A stretch of DNA of 64,000 nucleotides from Patescibacteria group bacterium (GCA_016861205.1 BOKX01000001.1:895835-959834), one strand, 5' to 3'; numbered from the stretch's first letter, positions 8,783-19,127 are shown. Made by a program: numbers and translations. The notes: generated from the sequence alone by a model not told the origin.

Positions 8783-10654
8783 ATGACTAATGCGCCACTG
8801 CCCACCCCGTCCCAACCTCCTGTCAAGACACCCCTGCCGCCCAGCGGGTTGGTACCTCAAGTTCAACCCGGAATGAAGCCGCCCACTCCGCCCGTGTCGC
8901 CAGCTCCAACTGCTCCAGCCAGTTTGCCTCCATTGCCAGTTAAGCCAGTTGCTGAAGCTGTCCCGCCAGTTGCTCCAGCCCCAGTGGCACCAACCGCACC
9001 GCTCCCACCTGTTGCGTCTGTTCCACCAGTTTCAGCTGCTCCGAGCATGCCGGCTGCCGTTGGTCAGACTCCAACTGGTTTGCCCCAAGCTGCCAGACCA
9101 ACTATGCCCCCTCCAGCCGCTGGTGCCCCGCCAGCCGGTTTGCCACCAGTTGCTGTGCCGGGAAAACCTGGCCCAGCCACACCGCCTCCGCCAAAGAATC
9201 CACCAACTGCCTCAGCTGGTGGAGCAGCTGGTAAGTCACCGATCGCGGCCGGACCCAAAAAATCAATTTTGCGCTTTTTGCCGTTTGTGGTGATTGCCCT
9301 ACTTATCATCGGAGTGGTTGGCTTTTTAGCGATGCGATTCCTGAATGGCGGTAGTAACACTCCCAGCACTTCTGGAACAAAAACGCCCAACCAAGGTGGG
9401 GCAGCAGCTAGTGCGAAACCTACCAACAAGCAGGTTACCCTGACCTATTGGGGTTTATGGGAACCGAGTGAAGTCATGACGCAAGTTTTGAAAGACTTCG
9501 AAACAGCCAACCCGGGCATCACCGTTCAGTATGTTAAACAATCTCCCAAGGACTACCGAGAGCGGTTACAAACCGCCATTGTCTCGGGCAATGGTCCAGA
9601 TTTGTTCCGTTTTCATGCCAGCTGGGTGCCAATGTTGAAAGCTGAGTTATCACCCATGCCGGGTAGTGTCATGTCTTCAGCTGAGTACCAGAAAACGTTC
9701 TATCCAGTGGCTGCCAAACAGCTCCAGCTGAATGGCCAGTTTGTGGGTATTCCGTTGATGTATGACGGGTTAGCTTTGTACTACAACAAGGACGTCTTGC
9801 AGACAGCTGGTGTGGAACCACCGACCACCTGGAGTGGATTGCGAACGTTAGCTACTCAGCTGACGGTGCGGACCAGTGGTGGCAGTATTGAACGAGCGGG
9901 ATTAGCAATTGGGACTGCTAGCAATGTTGATCACTTTTCAGACATTATTGGTTTGTTAATGCTCCAAAACGGCGCTGACTTAACCAATCCAACCACGGTT
10001 GAGGCGCGTGACGCTTTGACGTTCTACACCAACTTTGCCAAAGTTGACAAAGTTTGGGACAGTACCTTGCCAAACTCGACCACGGCTTTCGCGCGTGGCG
10101 ATGTGGCCATGATGTTTGCCCCAACTTGGCGTGTTCACGAGATTAAAGCTATGAATCCAAATCTAAACTTTGGGATCGCGCCGTTACCCAAACTGGCTGA
10201 GACCCAACTGGCTTGGGCTAGTTACTGGGCCGAAGGCGTCAGCGCCCAAAGTAAAAACAAGGACGATTCTTGGAAGTTGCTTAAGTACTTGAGTTCGCCA
10301 GAGATTATGCAGAAGCTGTATTCTTCCCAAAGCCAAGTGCGCAGTTTTGGTGAGCCCTACTCTCGAGTGGATTTAGCAACGCAGCTGGCTGATGATCCAT
10401 ACGTAGCTCCATATCTGAGCGATGCGCCAGCGGCCCAAGGTTGGTACCTGAGTTCCAACACGTTTGATAACGGTATCAACGACCAGATCATCAAGTACTA
10501 CGAAGATGCCATTACGGCAGTCGCAGTGAACAGTCGAACGGTTTCTGATGTGGTGACCACTCTTGATCAAGGGGTGAAACAAGTTCTGCGTCAATTTGGG
10601 GTGCCGGTTACTTCGACTGGATCGACAACCACTGGTGGAACCACCGGCCGTTAG
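8783..10654 (+). CDS. Extracellular sugar-type solute-binding protein (SBP family 1) with Pro-rich N-terminus and TM anchor
   Basis: LTYWGLWEP, GPDLF, GIPL..DGLALYYNKD, PPTTW and F..G.VAMMF motifs; ~160-aa Pro/Ala-rich N-terminus, then one TM helix. Confidence 0.88.
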   Translation: MTNAPLPTPSQPPVKTPLPPSGLVPQVQPGMKPPTPPVSPAPTAPASLPPLPVKPVAEAVPPVAPAPVAPTAPLPPVASVPPVSAAPSMPAAVGQTPTGLPQAARPTMPPPAAGAPPAGLPPVAVPGKPGPATPPPPKNPPTASAGGAAGKSPIAAGPKKSILRFLPFVVIALLIIGVVGFLAMRFLNGGSNTPSTSGTKTPNQGGAAASAKPTNKQVTLTYWGLWEPSEVMTQVLKDFETANPGITVQYVKQSPKDYRERLQTAIVSGNGPDLFRFHASWVPMLKAELSPMPGSVMSSAEYQKTFYPVAAKQLQLNGQFVGIPLMYDGLALYYNKDVLQTAGVEPPTTWSGLRTLATQLTVRTSGGSIERAGLAIGTASNVDHFSDIIGLLMLQNGADLTNPTTVEARDALTFYTNFAKVDKVWDSTLPNSTTAFARGDVAMMFAPTWRVHEIKAMNPNLNFGIAPLPKLAETQLAWASYWAEGVSAQSKNKDDSWKLLKYLSSPEIMQKLYSSQSQVRSFGEPYSRVDLATQLADDPYVAPYLSDAPAAQGWYLSSNTFDNGINDQIIKYYEDAITAVAVNSRTVSDVVTTLDQGVKQVLRQFGVPVTSTGSTTTGGTTGR

Positions 10655-10718
10655 ATCCGGTTTTGCATCAACTTCATGTGCAAGTTTGGTTTGCGGTTAG
10701 AGCGGCTATAATAGGCCG

Positions 10719-11618
10719 ATGGCATCGTTATCGACCCAAGTTTTAGCGACCGTGGCCTACTGCGATCAGTTTCAGTTTCCTTTGACGCTCAAAGAAATTC
10801 ATTGGCGGTTGGTGTGGCAACCAGCGTCATCCAAGTCAAAGCCAGAGCAAGTTCCATCGTTAGCCATGGTGCGAACAGCGGTGGAGAGCCTAGTCAAACA
10901 TGGCCAGCTGGCTCGACAAGGCTTGTACTTTCAGTTGGCCAGCTCGCCAAACTGGCAACTGACTCGAGACAGACGTACCAAGGAGAGTGAGCGTAAGTGG
11001 AGTTCTGCTCTGGAGTTAGTGGCTCAAGCCAAGCGGATTCCTTGGATACAAGGAATAGCGGTGACTGGTTCACTGGCGATGAACAATGCCCAGCCAGACG
11101 CTGATATCGATTTTATGATCGTGACCGAGCCAGGCCGTTTGTGGCTGACTCGCTTGTGGGTTACCCTGTTAGCCGTTCGAGCTGGTCGGCGCCGATCTTG
11201 GCACGCTGAAGAGCCCGAGAGTTGGTGTTTTAATCTATGGCTCGACAGCGATCACTTGGCCATGCCCAAAACCCTACAGTCTGTGTATGGCGCGTACGAA
11301 GTAGTGCAGGCAGAGTGGGTGTTTGATCGAGCTCAGATAGCAGCTCGTTTTTACGCGGCGAACAGTTGGATTAAAAACTGGTTGCCAGCCGCGAGTGCTG
11401 ATTTGTTGGGGGAGAAAGAACCTGTGCCGGTGAGGCCACCTGCCGCAAATCCAATCTTAAACTGGTTGGAAAAAGTTGTTTTTAGCTGGCAATTCCACTA
11501 CATGAAACCCCACATGACTCGAGAAAGAGTGGGGGAGAGTTGGGCATTTTTTCATCCGCGTGACACCAAAAAACAAGTTGAGGCGGCTTGGCGAAGAGCT
11601 TGGAAGGATACACCATGA
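10719..11618 (+). CDS. Pol-beta-superfamily nucleotidyltransferase-domain protein
   Basis: hGS..N...DADIDF motif (AVTGSLAMNNAQPDADIDFMIV); N-terminal wHTH-like segment; C-terminal FFHPRD. Confidence 0.75.
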   Translation: MASLSTQVLATVAYCDQFQFPLTLKEIHWRLVWQPASSKSKPEQVPSLAMVRTAVESLVKHGQLARQGLYFQLASSPNWQLTRDRRTKESERKWSSALELVAQAKRIPWIQGIAVTGSLAMNNAQPDADIDFMIVTEPGRLWLTRLWVTLLAVRAGRRRSWHAEEPESWCFNLWLDSDHLAMPKTLQSVYGAYEVVQAEWVFDRAQIAARFYAANSWIKNWLPAASADLLGEKEPVPVRPPAANPILNWLEKVVFSWQFHYMKPHMTRERVGESWAFFHPRDTKKQVEAAWRRAWKDTP

Positions 11619-12094
11619 CGACTGAATACCATTTTTTAACACCAGATTTAACCCAAGCTCTACAAGCAGCAAGGAGTAGGGGAGAGGTTGTGGTGCTAGT
11701 GACAGGAGTTTTTGATGTCCTTCATGAGGAGCATGTGGCTTTTTTGCGAAAAGCCAAAGCGTTGGGTTGGTTGTTGGTTGGGGTTGAGTCTGATGTGCGA
11801 GTTGCTGAAATGAAAGGGCCATCCCGGCCTGTTAACCCAGCCCAGAGACGGGTATCGACACTTGAAGAACTGCAGATTGCTGATGCTGTGTTTGTATTGC
11901 CAGATCACTTCAACACGCCAGCAGCTCATGAAGCGTTAATCGCCGAAGTTCGCCCGCGTTACTTGGCAGTGTCTGCTCATACGGCTCACCTCGATAAAAA
12001 ACAGGCGATTTTAGCGAAACATGGTGGAGAAGTTAAAGTTGTGCATGAGCACAACCCTGCTGTTTCCAGCACAATTTTGTTGGCTCAAGGTTGA
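11615..12094 (+). CDS. Cytidylyltransferase-like protein (RfaE domain II/TagD family)
   Basis: TGVFDVLH..H, LLVGVESD..V..MKG..RP and SSTIL motifs; ATGA overlap with the upstream gene. Confidence 0.85.
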   Translation: MTTEYHFLTPDLTQALQAARSRGEVVVLVTGVFDVLHEEHVAFLRKAKALGWLLVGVESDVRVAEMKGPSRPVNPAQRRVSTLEELQIADAVFVLPDHFNTPAAHEALIAEVRPRYLAVSAHTAHLDKKQAILAKHGGEVKVVHEHNPAVSSTILLAQG

Positions 12095-12139
12095 CCGCAC
12101 GTTCTTGCTATACTGAGGTAACACAATACGGGAGGTGGT

Positions 12140-12466
12140 ATGCAACTCACACGACACGCGAGCTTAGTTGTTTTGGCAGTAGCGATGAGTGGCGCGCTCT
12201 TGACTGGTTGTGGTTTGACAAAAACAACGACACCGGCTGCTCAGCCAGCGACAGGTGGGGCCCCTGCCGCCGAACAAAAAGTGGGAGATACCACTAAAGT
12301 TGGCATTGTGTCAGAAAGTAGTGGCCGCTTTTACCTCAATGTGACTGGACAACCACCCCAAGAAATCGATAGTTACAGCGTCGACCTATCTGGGTATGTG
12401 GGACAGTCGGTGACTGTGACTGGTCAGTTTAGTGGCAATACCTTATTTGTTGGGAGTATCAAATAA
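12140..12466 (+). CDS. Small lipoprotein with OB-fold-like domain
   Basis: Lipobox LTGC; DLSGYVGQSVTVTG motif typical of small OB-fold lipoproteins. Confidence 0.7.
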   Translation: MQLTRHASLVVLAVAMSGALLTGCGLTKTTTPAAQPATGGAPAAEQKVGDTTKVGIVSESSGRFYLNVTGQPPQEIDSYSVDLSGYVGQSVTVTGQFSGNTLFVGSIK

Positions 12467-12467
12467 T

Positions 12468-13559
12468 ATGGCCCAGCCGCAGTGGCAATTTGGCATTGGG
12501 ACAGTGGTGACCACCATCGGCCTGTTGGTAACGGGGTGGTGGTTGATGCTGGTGGTGACACCCGGCCAAGCGGCTGGTTGGCAGCAACGGCTGGAGCTGA
12601 CCATTCGTGAGTGGCGGCTCAGTTTGCCAGGGGATAAATTGGGTGCCGAAGTGCTGCAGGTTGCCGGACATCACCTGGCTGAGTACCCGATTGAAGACCT
12701 TTCGTTTGAACTGTCAGCTACCATAATTGATGCTGATACTCAGTCAGTTGTCACAACCGAATCGAGTGCACACGGAATGGTGATGTGGCCAGTTGGTGGG
12801 CAGCCATTTCAGTTGGACTTAATGGGCCAGTCAAAGTGGGAGTTGCAAGGTTTGACCTTTGAGCCACAAGGCCAATTTAAAGCTGATCATCATAATCTGT
12901 ATCTCAAGTTGAAGGAGCCAATTTGGCCTGTTAAGGGTTTTTATGTTCTGGCAGAGGATTGGGTGGCGTGGCCGTTGCCAGTGGCTGGGCTGGGTAAGAT
13001 GAGTAGTTTTGACTGGACCCAACTTGTGACCCAGTTGGCGTGGTCGCCAGCAGAGAGTGTGGTGGTGGGACCAGAACGACTGTTGCGAACAACAGCCACG
13101 GTATCAGCTGAACAGCTTCAAGCTTGGCTTGGTGACACTCAATCAATTCGATTTCAACCCACGACCGTGACCATTTGGGTTCAGCCAGGAACCTGGGCTG
13201 TCCGCCAAGTTGAGGTGCCCTTTCAGGTAGCTTTTGTACTACCGCCTGTTGGGGTAGGTCAGTCGGACCAGCCGTTTATTCAAACCGACACCTGGCAAAC
13301 TGCCAAGGGCACTTTGAGAGTCATGATTAAACCGACGGCCAACTTTACCCCGATTTCTTTTCCGACTGCCCCACAACGGATCGGTGACTTTTGGCAGCCG
13401 CTGGAGCCGCCGGTGGAAAGTTCTGATAGTGGTGCTGTGTTGGGGGTTGAGCTGCGAGCGCCGGGTCAACCGAACTCACGTCCAACTGAGTTGCCGTTTC
13501 TGTCCACTTGGCAGAAAAACCTGTTGCGCGTCCATGGTTTTGTGGTCGACGAGCGCTAG
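12468..13559 (+). CDS. Hypothetical membrane-anchored protein (beta-rich, possibly LolA/LppX-like fold)
   Basis: Long ORF in an apparent operon, N-terminal TM helix, beta-strand-rich body; the fold guess is weak. Confidence 0.55.
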   Translation: MAQPQWQFGIGTVVTTIGLLVTGWWLMLVVTPGQAAGWQQRLELTIREWRLSLPGDKLGAEVLQVAGHHLAEYPIEDLSFELSATIIDADTQSVVTTESSAHGMVMWPVGGQPFQLDLMGQSKWELQGLTFEPQGQFKADHHNLYLKLKEPIWPVKGFYVLAEDWVAWPLPVAGLGKMSSFDWTQLVTQLAWSPAESVVVGPERLLRTTATVSAEQLQAWLGDTQSIRFQPTTVTIWVQPGTWAVRQVEVPFQVAFVLPPVGVGQSDQPFIQTDTWQTAKGTLRVMIKPTANFTPISFPTAPQRIGDFWQPLEPPVESSDSGAVLGVELRAPGQPNSRPTELPFLSTWQKNLLRVHGFVVDER

Positions 13560-13580
13560 GCCCTGATCTATACTTGATGC

Positions 13581-14276
13581 ATGGCTGATATTTTCTCAGT
13601 TCGAGAGTTTGAGTTCCCGTATCGCTATAAATTTCCCGGTCAGGCGAGTAATGAGCACATATTGTTTGTGATTCGTGAAAACCCAGTTATGCTGACTGCC
13701 AGGAGAACAGCAGTGGTCATCGCAGCGATAGCGGTGCTGGTGGTGGGGTATTTGCTGGAACAGTTGCTGCTGAACTTGACTGGTCCAGTGGTGGCCAACT
13801 TGGTGATGGTCGTGAGCTTGGTGCTGGCACTTGGTTTCGGGGTGATTGGTTGGTGGTGGGTGAGCGTCCTGTGGCAGCGAAGCTTAGCGTTGGTCACGAC
13901 CATGCGGTTGATTAAGTTTATTTATACAACTCCGGCTAATCGGCACAGCCTGGCTTTACCGCTGGATATGATTGTCGACACGGGTGCCTACAGCAAGGGT
14001 TTCTTGCAGGCGTTTTTTAAACTGGGAACGTTCACAGCTCGATCGAGCGCCGCTAGTTCAGGGGCAGCCACCGACGATCCAGAGCGTGTAAACAAAAAGT
14101 ACTTTTACATTGAGAACATTGCCATTGCTGAAGATTTGCAACACTACGTATCCAAAGTTCTATATGCATTTCGCCACCATCATGACCAGCTGGCTACTTT
14201 CCGACCCTTCATTCCCCATCTTAAAGGCGACGCCCGCAAAGAATTCATGCGGCAGTATCCAGAGTACTGGAGCTAA
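13581..14276 (+). CDS. Two-TM membrane protein with bacterial PH-like domain
   Basis: FPGQ...E.ILFVIR start, two TM helices, then W....LVTT.RLI...GFLQAFFKLGT pattern of CPR bPH-like proteins. Confidence 0.65.
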   Translation: MADIFSVREFEFPYRYKFPGQASNEHILFVIRENPVMLTARRTAVVIAAIAVLVVGYLLEQLLLNLTGPVVANLVMVVSLVLALGFGVIGWWWVSVLWQRSLALVTTMRLIKFIYTTPANRHSLALPLDMIVDTGAYSKGFLQAFFKLGTFTARSSAASSGAATDDPERVNKKYFYIENIAIAEDLQHYVSKVLYAFRHHHDQLATFRPFIPHLKGDARKEFMRQYPEYWS

Positions 14277-14281
14277 GTAAC

Positions 14282-17200
14282 ATGGTGACTGAACTATCTG
14301 CCAGCCCCCAGCCAAGTGAGTCAGTTGCAGCAACCAAGGTAGTGAAAGTTGAGTCACCTGTCGTTGTGCAGAGTACTGGCAAGCCCAGCGAGAGCCAACC
14401 TCAGACAGACTCCGATCCTGAGCTGAAGGAAGCCATCAGGGCATGGGCAGCTTGGGGAGATTTCGAGGCAAAAAAAGAAGTGATCTTCGGACTGACACAG
14501 AAGCTACTAACCACGCTTCGATACCACCGGCGCCATTTATCTGAAGATGAGTATCGAGAAAAGGTGAAAAAAGACGTTGTTCCACTTTTGCTGTTTCCCG
14601 ACAGGCAGCCCCTGCGCAGTTGGGCGGATGTGTTTGGAAGTGAAGATGCGGGCCGGTTGTTTCCTTCCTCGACCGATCGGGAAGATAGAAATTACCGGTT
14701 GGTGCAGGCTGTTTTTTCAGACCCTGAAGTGCAAGCTTTGATTCCCCCCGATTTGCTGGTTGAGTCAATCAATCAGGAACTTGATCTCGGTGGTGACAAG
14801 CCCTGGCGAATGATGATGTTGCTGGTAGCAGAGTCGATGATGGCGACTCAGTTCTTTTTCTCGCCAGAACAGATCAATCAACCAGGCGGAGCCAAGCCGG
14901 TGCTGATGAGGGAACAACTGAATCCGCTCACGTACGCGTTAACAAAATGGTTCATGCAGAATGACGAACAAGCATTTTTTAAGTTGCAGTATGACTCTGA
15001 TGCTTTGCGGGTGGTGACGGCTTACGCTGATATCTACGGTTTTTTGGACCCTAGCACACCTGATGGTCGTGAGCGCCTCATGCGTCTCGACTATGCGGCC
15101 TTAAACATGCCCTGGTATCGTGATCACCGGGTGCAGCCCAAAATAACGTTTGAGTCAGGTGCCTTTCAAAAGACACAGTCACATTACCTTAAATCGCTCA
15201 AGAGAGTGCCTCAAAAAGTTGATGAGTACTTACGAGCCAAAAAGACAGAAGCTGAGCTTGTTTCACCAGGCTACTCCGCCGACTACGAAGCAAGAGTGAA
15301 ACACCAAGCAGAGTTGGGTAGGTCTAACTTAGAGTCGTTCCGAACTCGACGCAACCTTCGTCAAACACTCACTATGCTGTGGCAGCACTATCTTGGTCAA
15401 GAATGGGGTTTGGTTGAACGGGCTTTGAAGCCCCAGCCGAAGACGGGCGAGAAGTCTGCCACTCAACCAGCGATGCTGGCTATGCTCGAAATCGAGAAGT
15501 GCCTGCAACGAGAGCGCGACTCTTTTCACTCGATTTTTTTGCGCTTAGAACGCATCTTAGCTGAGCAGAGCAAACTAACATTTTCACACAAAATTGAAAA
15601 CAGAACCCACAGGGTAGCTGTGACCATGCTGCTAGTGGAGAGTTGTTACTTGATCGCTGTTGAAAACGCTCGAGCGGGGGACGCTGGGCGGCTCAATAGA
15701 ATTTACGGCCAATTTTTGGAGCGGTATGGGGGAAAAATTGACAAGCTGTGTGACATTGACCCTTTTGCCAATAGCCAAGTTGAGCCAAAGAAGCTTGGTG
15801 CGTTTGATACTGCCGATTACGAACGCCGCTTAGCACATGCAAACCAAGTTCTAAGAGCTTCTCCCAATGCTGGGTTTATTGATGCCGAGATGATGGAAAA
15901 CTATGCAGTTTATGAAACTCGAGTGAGAGCCATTCAGCAAATCATGAACCAGATGAGGCAACTGACTGCGGATAGCTACCAGGAGGAACGTTTTCAGAAA
16001 ACCGGCGACTACCTTGATTACTATCACTGGAAGCAACTGCCCGAGTTTAGTCGATTTGCATCTTGGCCATTTTTGAGATTACTCTTGCCGGCCATGATTA
16101 TCACTCTCAGTTCACCAATCGTTATTGGAGATGAGTACAGTGAAAGTTTGAGTAAACCGGTGCCAAACATGTTATTTGGCATTTCATTAGCGGTTGTTAT
16201 TACTTCAGGCTACTTTCTTTTTCTTGAGAGAAAACGCAAAGAACGGTTCATGAACTTAGACGTCTCGATGGTTGATGAGTTACGTCGGGTAAAAATTGAG
16301 GATGCTGACGCAGACGAAATGCTAGCTCGGGTTGCGCAAGCTGCTGAGACCGCGCAGGAAACTTTGATTGCAGGCGGTGATCGGCGAGACTTTCTGCGAT
16401 TTTTTAGCGAACAGTTAGTCGCGATCACAGCTATCATTGCGGTCATCACGGCTCTGTACTGGATGGGAACACAAGACAATTTGTTTGAGCTTGAAGACGC
16501 TCCGAAGCTGGCTAACGTACTCGGTGTTGGCGAATCAGAGGCGAAAGAAGTTAAACCCGAACAAGAAGAGGGTAGTTTTGGCGACGAGACTTTGGATGAG
16601 AGCGGATCTACAAACATAGAATCTTTGTCTGCGACGCTCAACATTGAGAATAAAGATTTTGTATCGCCACCACCCAGTATTCTTCTCAATTACCGCGGGT
16701 CAGAGCGACCGCGGTTTGCCGGTGGCAATGTTTGCACGGTACGGCCAGACCAGCCCAGACTTGAGTGTTCAGTCGGAGAGCAGTTGCCACCTGAGTTAGC
16801 AGCGATGCGAGTGGTTGAAGCTGATGACATGACCGAGTTCTCTTCAAGAGTCGAGAGTTATGTAAGCCAAGGGTTTTTAGTGCAGCAAGTAGGGCAGAAG
16901 AACACGTTCTTTGAACCCATAGCCCAAACCGTTCCTTATCAGTTGGTTGTTTTTCGAGGTGATGGCGCCAGTGGAAGCTTGGGTGTGCAGGTTTGGGAAT
17001 CTGGCTTGGTAGTAATTGAGGGTGAGTTTTATCGAGCGGCTTTAGTATCTCAAGTAACAGATGAGCAATCGAGCGTTTTGCCAATGACAGTTCCGGCTAG
17101 TGAGTCACCGAACTTGGATTGGGAGACCATTGCTACCGATCCCGAACTGCAGAACTTCAATGAACTGGTGGCTTTTGTACGTGGCCTGCTGGAGATGCGT

Positions 17201-18622
17201 GCCTCATATTTAGCAGAACGTAACCCGGAAGATATTCAAGAAGAGCTTCGTGCTGCATCTGGATCGCGGTCGTGGCTGAGTAACCGAGAAATCTTAGACC
17301 AAGTCACACTGTGGTTATCGAGTCGAGGTTATAGCTATGGGTTTGGGACGTTTAATCTGAATGAACACGCTACCTATGATTCCGCGCTGCGAGACTTGCT
17401 GGCCCAGTCCCATCTGGATTGTGACTCATGGTCGTTGCTGAGTATGTTGGCTGTTCGTGGTGCACAAACAGGCCAGCTTAACCCAAGTTTTCCGGTGTAT
17501 CTAAGATCTGGATTTGCTATTGATAGAACAACTTACCCGAGTGGCTGGATAGGCAATCAAGGGCACGTAGTTCAGTTGTATCAGGAGGTTGATGGTGAGT
17601 GGTATGTGTACGAGACTACACTGCCTGAAGCTGAGAACCAAGCTGAGGTGGTCGCAAATGATCACAACGTAGAGTTGTTGCTTGGGGCACTGGTTTCAGC
17701 CGGTTTGTCAGGCTCAGCGTTGCTTGGTGTTTTTGGGTATGTTGCCAGAGAACGGTTTAAACGTGGAAAACGGCAGCCATCTCGGCGCCGCAAGCCACCA
17801 ATTATTGATGCCCGGGCCCGGTCAGTTGTTCGGGTGACTGGCGAGGATTGGCCAGACGATCACGATCCCAAGGTGACGCCGCAGGAGGCCGAGCTGGTTT
17901 ATGGTGAAACACCAGTGGAACAGGAAGCTCCTCCAGTCCAACTGCCCGACGAAGTCAGCAAGCAGATTTTGCGCTTAGCCAACTTAGTTGAGAGTGTCAG
18001 CTTAGAGACGAAACCCGTAGTCGCCAGAACTCTTGAAGAACTATCGTCTTGGCTTCACCTCAATCACGCCGACTGGCAAACAATGCGTACCATCAGTGGT
18101 CAGCCGGACCTAACAAAAATTGTGGGAGTAGCCTACTCGAGTATTATGGAATCAGTGCGCCGAGTTGACCCACATAACTTCAAGATGCGTGACCACGGAC
18201 TGAGAGATCACTATCAATCACTTACTCGTCGGTACTTGGTTGAGCCTAGTCGGCCATGGGCTGACGTAATCGCTCGAGTAGCTCCCAAGGTAGAGCAAAG
18301 CAAAACCGTGCTGAACGATCCAGAGTGGTTGCAACTAGTTGGCCAGGCAGTGTGGGAACTAGAGCAACAACTACGCCAAACCGAAGAACAGCTGGTGGCT
18401 GAGCTCAACCTCGGCGCAGTTGATGCAACAGCGCAAACCGGTGTGGCTACCGAGAATGTTACCGAACAGCTGAAACTTGCCTTGGTCACTGCCCAACATG
18501 ACGCCCGTGAGGTACCTACTAAGGCATTAATGGCGCTCAAAGTTCGGGCGGCAGCTGATCTATGTCAAGCTCTCCTCGACTGGCTCGAAGCAGAGTGGAC
18601 AGCCAGGGGCTTTACTCAGTAG
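14282..18622 (+). CDS. Large multi-pass membrane protein with transglutaminase-like domain
   Basis: About four TM helices; DCDSWS (Cys at 17420), GH (His at 17564) and WYVYETT arranged like a transglutaminase-like triad. Confidence 0.65.
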   Translation: MVTELSASPQPSESVAATKVVKVESPVVVQSTGKPSESQPQTDSDPELKEAIRAWAAWGDFEAKKEVIFGLTQKLLTTLRYHRRHLSEDEYREKVKKDVVPLLLFPDRQPLRSWADVFGSEDAGRLFPSSTDREDRNYRLVQAVFSDPEVQALIPPDLLVESINQELDLGGDKPWRMMMLLVAESMMATQFFFSPEQINQPGGAKPVLMREQLNPLTYALTKWFMQNDEQAFFKLQYDSDALRVVTAYADIYGFLDPSTPDGRERLMRLDYAALNMPWYRDHRVQPKITFESGAFQKTQSHYLKSLKRVPQKVDEYLRAKKTEAELVSPGYSADYEARVKHQAELGRSNLESFRTRRNLRQTLTMLWQHYLGQEWGLVERALKPQPKTGEKSATQPAMLAMLEIEKCLQRERDSFHSIFLRLERILAEQSKLTFSHKIENRTHRVAVTMLLVESCYLIAVENARAGDAGRLNRIYGQFLERYGGKIDKLCDIDPFANSQVEPKKLGAFDTADYERRLAHANQVLRASPNAGFIDAEMMENYAVYETRVRAIQQIMNQMRQLTADSYQEERFQKTGDYLDYYHWKQLPEFSRFASWPFLRLLLPAMIITLSSPIVIGDEYSESLSKPVPNMLFGISLAVVITSGYFLFLERKRKERFMNLDVSMVDELRRVKIEDADADEMLARVAQAAETAQETLIAGGDRRDFLRFFSEQLVAITAIIAVITALYWMGTQDNLFELEDAPKLANVLGVGESEAKEVKPEQEEGSFGDETLDESGSTNIESLSATLNIENKDFVSPPPSILLNYRGSERPRFAGGNVCTVRPDQPRLECSVGEQLPPELAAMRVVEADDMTEFSSRVESYVSQGFLVQQVGQKNTFFEPIAQTVPYQLVVFRGDGASGSLGVQVWESGLVVIEGEFYRAALVSQVTDEQSSVLPMTVPASESPNLDWETIATDPELQNFNELVAFVRGLLEMRASYLAERNPEDIQEELRAASGSRSWLSNREILDQVTLWLSSRGYSYGFGTFNLNEHATYDSALRDLLAQSHLDCDSWSLLSMLAVRGAQTGQLNPSFPVYLRSGFAIDRTTYPSGWIGNQGHVVQLYQEVDGEWYVYETTLPEAENQAEVVANDHNVELLLGALVSAGLSGSALLGVFGYVARERFKRGKRQPSRRRKPPIIDARARSVVRVTGEDWPDDHDPKVTPQEAELVYGETPVEQEAPPVQLPDEVSKQILRLANLVESVSLETKPVVARTLEELSSWLHLNHADWQTMRTISGQPDLTKIVGVAYSSIMESVRRVDPHNFKMRDHGLRDHYQSLTRRYLVEPSRPWADVIARVAPKVEQSKTVLNDPEWLQLVGQAVWELEQQLRQTEEQLVAELNLGAVDATAQTGVATENVTEQLKLALVTAQHDAREVPTKALMALKVRAAADLCQALLDWLEAEWTARGFTQ

Positions 18623-18631
18623 AATGGAGCT

Positions 18632-19042
18632 ATGGCCCGTTCTACCTCCTCCCAACAAGCGACAACCTGGCTAACCCAGTTATACTTTGTTTTGGCCAGC
18701 CTTCTGGGCTTGCTGTGTCTGGTGATTGGGGTGGCGTCTCTTGTTAACACGCTCCTGATGACCTATGTCGTCAAAGTCAAAGCCCCTCGCTACAGTATGC
18801 CGCCACAACCCTATGTGGAAGTTGCTAAGTTGGAAAAAACCACCGCGCTCACGCCAGATGAAAAAGAGGCCCTGACTCGGTGGCAACAGGACTACGAACT
18901 CTGGGAAAAAGAACAACGTGACTATGACTACGAAGCTGAAAATCGGCGTCGCTCACTAGCATGGTCAATTGCCTTGGTTATCACCGGGGCGCCCGTTTTT
19001 GCTCTGCATGCACCACGCGTGTTTGGTCGCCGCAAAGCGTAG
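18632..19042 (+). CDS. Small two-TM membrane protein (DUF5671-like)
   Basis: LYFVLASLLGL N-terminal helix and LAWSIALVITGAPVFALH C-terminal helix. Confidence 0.65.
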   Translation: MARSTSSQQATTWLTQLYFVLASLLGLLCLVIGVASLVNTLLMTYVVKVKAPRYSMPPQPYVEVAKLEKTTALTPDEKEALTRWQQDYELWEKEQRDYDYEAENRRRSLAWSIALVITGAPVFALHAPRVFGRRKA

Positions 19043-19088
19043 CTAACATGGCTATCAGCTTTCCACTCACTTACACATTCGTCTCACA

Positions 19089-19117
19089 TTGAAGGTTGGC
19101 CTGGTATAGCGTAAAGT
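19089..19117 (+). promoter_or_regulatory. sigma70 promoter upstream of the putative attenuator
   Basis: TTGAAG-17 nt-TAAAGT. Confidence 0.6.
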
Positions 19118-19127
19118 TAATCCCAAC

